From an uncultured Gammaproteobacteria bacterium (GTDB lineage Bacteria; Patescibacteriota; Patescibacteriia; UBA2591; UBA6264): a DNA stretch of 9,678 nt. The position numbers and the translations under genes are program-made. The stretch lies in NCBI GenBank assembly GCA_964617525.1, contig CAZTWG010000002.1, positions 1 through 9,678 on the forward strand, given 5' to 3'. Within the stretch, counting starts at the first letter, position 1; every line of letters begins with the position of its first letter. Of this stretch, positions 6,235-9,678 are shown one piece after another. The notes beneath the pieces were generated by a model. The model was not told the DNA's origin, ran no database searches, and saw only the letters and a list, made by a program, of their open reading frames with translations.

Positions 6235-7164
6235 ATGCCTAATTTAAATATAAAAGAAATTAAAACTAAAAATTTAACATGGATTAATGTATCGGATTGC
6301 CAGAGAAAAGAAATGAAATATATTGAACAAAAATTCAGACTTCATCCTTTGCACATCAATGACTGTATATCCCCCGTACAAAGGCCAAAATTAGATGTTG
6401 CTCCAAATTATTTATTTATGGTACTTTTATTCCCTGTTTACAATCGTCGTACTAGGAAAATAATTTCTTCCGAAGTTGATTTTTTTATCAATTCTAACAC
6501 CCTAATAACTATCCATCGTGGAGAATTAGCTCCTTTAATCAATTTTTTTAACCTTTGCGAAACTACTCCCGAACAAAAAGACAAATACTTTATTGGCAGC
6601 CCTGCTTTCTTAATTTATGAACTTTTGAATCGTTTGTTGTCGGCATGTAATCCAATTTTAGGCAATATTAACCTTAATATAAATAGTATTGAAGAAAATA
6701 TTTTTAACGGCTATGAAAAAAGAATGGTTAAAGAAATATTAATAGCTAAAACAAATGTAGTCAATTTTAGAAGAATAACTCAAACTCACCGTTTAGTAGT
6801 AAGCAAACTATTAGAAAAAAGCAATCTATTCTTTTCTCCTGGCAAATTAAAAATATACTTCAAAGAAGTCATCGAAAACGCTGAAGATATCTGGCAAAAT
6901 CTAGAAAACCTCAAAGAAACGGTAGAGGCTATTGAGCAAACAAACAACTCTTTAATATCTTTCCAATTAAATGATATTATCAAAATTTTAACTATAATTT
7001 CCATAATCGTGCTTCCGATAAGTTTAACGGGGACTTTCTTTGGGATGAATTTAAAATTTATGCCTTTTATAAATCACCCAAATGCTTTCTGGATATTATT
7101 AGGCGTGACAGGATTAATGATTTTGTTCTTAATCGGTTACTTTAAAAGAAAAAAATGGTTTTAA
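6235..7164 (+). CDS. corA: CorA-family magnesium/cobalt transporter
   Basis: 309-aa ORF with a soluble N-terminal domain and two C-terminal TM helices. The signature GMN loop (TGTFFGMNLKFMP) lies between them, followed by a basic C-terminal end (KRKKWF). Confidence 0.9.
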   Translation: MPNLNIKEIKTKNLTWINVSDCQRKEMKYIEQKFRLHPLHINDCISPVQRPKLDVAPNYLFMVLLFPVYNRRTRKIISSEVDFFINSNTLITIHRGELAPLINFFNLCETTPEQKDKYFIGSPAFLIYELLNRLLSACNPILGNINLNINSIEENIFNGYEKRMVKEILIAKTNVVNFRRITQTHRLVVSKLLEKSNLFFSPGKLKIYFKEVIENAEDIWQNLENLKETVEAIEQTNNSLISFQLNDIIKILTIISIIVLPISLTGTFFGMNLKFMPFINHPNAFWILLGVTGLMILFLIGYFKRKKWF

Positions 7165-7182
7165 GACATATAACTATTACTC

Positions 7183-8574
7183 ATGCTTGAAGTATATAAC
7201 ACCTTAACTAGAAAAAAGGAAATTTTTAAACCTATAAAAAAAGGTAAAGTAGGGCTCTATAGTTGTGGCCCCACTGTTTATAACTACGCCCACATTGGTA
7301 ATTTGCGGGCATATATTTTTGCTGATATTCTAAAAAGAACATTAAAGTATAACAAATATAAAGTAAAGCATATTATCAATATTACTGACATTGGACATCT
7401 TGTTTCTGACGCCGACGAAGGAGAAGATAAAATGATGAAAGCGTTAAGACGCGAAGGGAAAGAATTCAGTAAAAAATCAATGAAAGAAATAGCCAATTTT
7501 TATACTCAGTCCTTTTACCAAAATATTAAAAAATTAAATATTTTGCCTGCCAATAAATTTACTAAAGCCACAAAACACATAGGATGTATGATAAAGATGA
7601 TAAAACAAATACAAAAAAACGGTTATGCTTATGAGACATCTGACGGTATTTATTTTAACACCAAAAAAATTCAAAATTATGGGTATTTAGCAAGGTTAGA
7701 TATTAAAGGTCTTCGTCCAGGAGCCAGAATAAATATAAATCCTGAAAAAAAGAACATAACTGACTTTGCCTTATGGTTTAAGGCCATAGGATATAAAAAA
7801 AACCACTTAATGCAATGGAGGTCTCCTTGGGGCAAAGGCTGGCCCGGATGGCACATTGAATGTTCGGCTATGTCAACAAAATATTTAAAACAACCATTTG
7901 ATATTCATACTGGAGGGATAGACCATATTCCAGTTCACCACACCAATGAAATTGCTCAGGCTCAAGCTGCCAAAAACAAACCTTTAGCTAATTATTGGAT
8001 GCACAACGAGTTTTTGGTATTAGACAAAGAAAAAATGTCAAAAAGTGGTGAAGGATTTATTACTCTTTCTACTCTAGTCAATAAAAATATCGATCCATTA
8101 GCATATCGTTATCTTTGTTTAAGCGCTCATTATCGTTCTCCCCTTTCCTTCAATTGGGACAATTTAGATGCAAGCCAAAATGCTTTAAAGAACCTTTATA
8201 ATATTATTTCTAGTTATCCTGAGCCAGGCAAAGTAATAGAGGCAGAAAAAGAGAAATTTTTGGCAGCTATTAATAACGATTTAGACACACCAAAGGTATT
8301 GGCTATTGTTTGGGACTTAGTTAAAAGCAATCAATCAAATGACGAAAAAATGGCTACTCTTTTAGAATTTGACAAGGTGCTTGGACTTGGATTTGATAAA
8401 ATAAAAAGAGAGCTTTTAATGATTCCTGAGGGAATAAAAGAATTATCTAAAAAAAGAGAAGAATTGCGTCAACAAAAAAAATGGTCAGAAGCTGACCAAA
8501 TACGAAAAGAAATAGAAAATCTTGGCTTCACTGTAGAAGATACCCCCGAAGGAACCACAATTCACAAAACATAA
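7183..8574 (+). CDS. cysS: cysteine--tRNA ligase
   Basis: 463-aa class I aaRS with the HIGH motif (YNYAHIGNLR), the CysRS zinc/active-site block WPGWHIECSAM and the KMSKS motif (EKMSKSGEG). It starts 18 nt after corA, so the two are probably co-transcribed. Confidence 0.97.
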   Translation: MLEVYNTLTRKKEIFKPIKKGKVGLYSCGPTVYNYAHIGNLRAYIFADILKRTLKYNKYKVKHIINITDIGHLVSDADEGEDKMMKALRREGKEFSKKSMKEIANFYTQSFYQNIKKLNILPANKFTKATKHIGCMIKMIKQIQKNGYAYETSDGIYFNTKKIQNYGYLARLDIKGLRPGARININPEKKNITDFALWFKAIGYKKNHLMQWRSPWGKGWPGWHIECSAMSTKYLKQPFDIHTGGIDHIPVHHTNEIAQAQAAKNKPLANYWMHNEFLVLDKEKMSKSGEGFITLSTLVNKNIDPLAYRYLCLSAHYRSPLSFNWDNLDASQNALKNLYNIISSYPEPGKVIEAEKEKFLAAINNDLDTPKVLAIVWDLVKSNQSNDEKMATLLEFDKVLGLGFDKIKRELLMIPEGIKELSKKREELRQQKKWSEADQIRKEIENLGFTVEDTPEGTTIHKT

Positions 8575-8623
8575 GAACCTTTCGCTTCCGCCCCGCTAAG
8601 CGGGGCCTCGCTCAAGAACCTTG
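8573..8623. repeat. copy B of the short intergenic repeat: AAGAACCT-T-TCGCTT-[CC GCCCCGC TAA GCGGGGC]-CTCGCTC-AAGAACCTTG
   Basis: It has the same boundary octamers and inner blocks as copy A (617..649), plus a central perfect 7-bp all-GC-type hairpin. It begins inside the cysS stop codon (TAA at 8572..8574). Confidence 0.6.
8590..8606 (+). terminator. GC-rich hairpin after cysS; a possible atypical terminator or RNA-stabilising stem
   Basis: GCCCCGC-TAA-GCGGGGC is a 7-bp perfect stem lying 16 nt after the cysS stop. No U tract follows on either strand, so it is not a canonical intrinsic terminator. Confidence 0.3.
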
Positions 8624-8987
8624 TTATTCGCTATGTTCATAATAAATTTTCTTGCGGTTGAGCCCTGGGGGTTAACCATTATAACTCATGATAACTATTG
8701 TTAGCCTTGCTCATGGCTTTAGTTTCCCCCTTTCTGACTATTACTCTAACTTCAACTAATTTTTTTCAGCATATTTTATAGCCATTTCAGCTTTTTCTGA
8801 TTCAAAGCAAAAAAGAAAGAAATTTTCTCTCTCAATGTATCAAAAAATAAAATAGGCTATTGAGTATAAGTGCTGAGCCAGAAAGAACTATTTCCTAGGA
8901 CAAAACAGTTGCTCCAAAGAGGAATAATATGACAACTATCAATAATATCAATCTTTCCACAATTTTTTATAATTAAATTTTAGATTT

Positions 8988-9677
8988 TTATTTTACGAAT
9001 TTCTTTACTATTTTCCAAATTTTATTTTCTATCTCCTCAATAGACAGAAGCTCTTCACTCTCGACACATTCAATTAGTTTAAATTGTCTAGGGAATAATT
9101 TTACGACTTCTAAAAAAGATTTTTCAGCTTCTTGTAAATGCTTGATGTCCTGTTCATGGATATCTCTTTTTTTATTTCCCAAATATTCTCTCTTGCCCTT
9201 ATTATCTACCAAACCATAAGCAATTTTAGCTGGAACATGCAAAAAGATATTAATATCTGGTCTTGGTAAAGCCAAAATATTATATTCTAAATTATCAACC
9301 CATTTATAGAACTTTTGACGGGTCAATTTATTTCTAATTTTTGCGCCCTGATGGCCTAAGTTAGACGCTACATATCTATTAGATATGACTGTTTTTCCCT
9401 CCTCTAACCATTTCTTAACTTTTGAAGACACAGCAAACCTATCTAAGGCATAAAAAAGAGAAGCCTTATAGGCTCCTACCTCTCGCCACGTACCATATTT
9501 ACCGCTTAAATACTGTTCAATAAAATAAGATGATGGCTTCCCATAACGTGGAAAATCTAGAGTACGAACTTCAATTTTTTCTTTTTTGAGTTTCTTTAAT
9601 AATTGCCAAAATTGAGCTGTTTTCCCAGAACCATCAGTTCCTTCTAAAACAATAAATCTTCCTTTTGTTTTTTCCAT
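8988..9677 (-). CDS. tmk: thymidylate (dTMP) kinase
   Basis: 229-aa ORF with the P-loop FIVLEGTDGSGKTAQ, a DRF(Y)-type motif (YALDRFAVSS) and the block ISNRYVASNLGHQG. The start codon is 2 nt from the window end. Confidence 0.92.
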   Translation of the reverse strand: MEKTKGRFIVLEGTDGSGKTAQFWQLLKKLKKEKIEVRTLDFPRYGKPSSYFIEQYLSGKYGTWREVGAYKASLFYALDRFAVSSKVKKWLEEGKTVISNRYVASNLGHQGAKIRNKLTRQKFYKWVDNLEYNILALPRPDINIFLHVPAKIAYGLVDNKGKREYLGNKKRDIHEQDIKHLQEAEKSFLEVVKLFPRQFKLIECVESEELLSIEEIENKIWKIVKKFVK

Positions 9678-9678
9678 A

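Noticed and set aside
6786-7496. Minus-strand ORFs 6786..7004 (72 aa) and 7284..7496 (70 aa).
   Set aside because: They are antisense to corA and cysS respectively, both of which have unambiguous family signatures. Nothing supports the antisense ORFs independently.
8860-8979. A 40-codon open stretch on the minus strand reading NLIIKNCGKIDIIDSCHIIPLWSNCFVLGNSSFW. Its CGK...D..HIIPL segment faintly recalls the C-x2-CG...DHIIP core of HNH endonucleases, suggesting a possible decayed homing endonuclease next to tmk.
   Set aside because: There is no canonical start codon, only one Cys of the first CxxC pair is present, the spacing is too short, and the downstream N...C..C/N..K half of the motif is missing. 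HIIP is encoded by cat att att cct, which arises easily by chance in AT-rich DNA. It is worth a BLASTX but cannot be supported from sequence alone.
8575-8987. Whether the spacer is a known housekeeping ncRNA (RNase P RNA, tmRNA, SRP/4.5S RNA) or a riboswitch or T-box.
   Set aside because: On neither strand could I find GGAAAGUCC-type CR-I, a tRNA-like GGUUCGA T arm with an acceptor end, or the GGAAGCAGC SRP helix-8 motif. A cis-regulatory leader makes no sense between two gene 3' ends. An unknown sRNA remains possible and is reported as a finding.
1-9678. Alternative genetic code (UGA recoding as in some CPR lineages), CRISPR arrays, IS elements, integrases, and toxin-antitoxin or defence genes.
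   Set aside because: All conserved genes are full length under the standard code, and murB ends in TGA. There is no spaced repeat array and no transposase, integrase or nuclease-like ORF. Every ORF over 65 aa is either a housekeeping gene or an antisense shadow.

Overview
This is an AT-rich, tightly packed bacterial housekeeping locus read with the standard genetic code. By inference it comes from a streamlined, small-genome lineage such as CPR/Patescibacteria. On the minus strand, in transcription order: murB, a membrane-anchored hypothetical, infA, rpmJ (absent from the ORF track, found by hand), rpsM, rpsK, rpsD, rpoA, rplQ, rplM, a 197-bp gap, def, then tRNA-Gly(CCC). On the plus strand corA and cysS are followed by a 413-bp ORF-free spacer and a convergent tmk. 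I see no defence island, transposon, prophage, CRISPR array or clearly novel multi-gene system, and I do not want to oversell this window. Points worth a second look: (1) RpoA has no alpha C-terminal domain and ends in a Lys-rich tail encoded by a near-perfect 39-bp tandem duplication. (2) The 413-bp cysS/tmk spacer is anomalous and partly GC-enriched. (3) A small repeat element, bounded by AAGAACCT(T) direct repeats around a GC-rich core, occurs twice, both times at odd junctions. (4) rplM is C-terminally short and is not followed by rpsI. (5) The def stop codon lies inside the tRNA-Gly gene. (6) An 8-bp tandem array forms the rpsM leader. (7) No CDS start has a Shine-Dalgarno motif.
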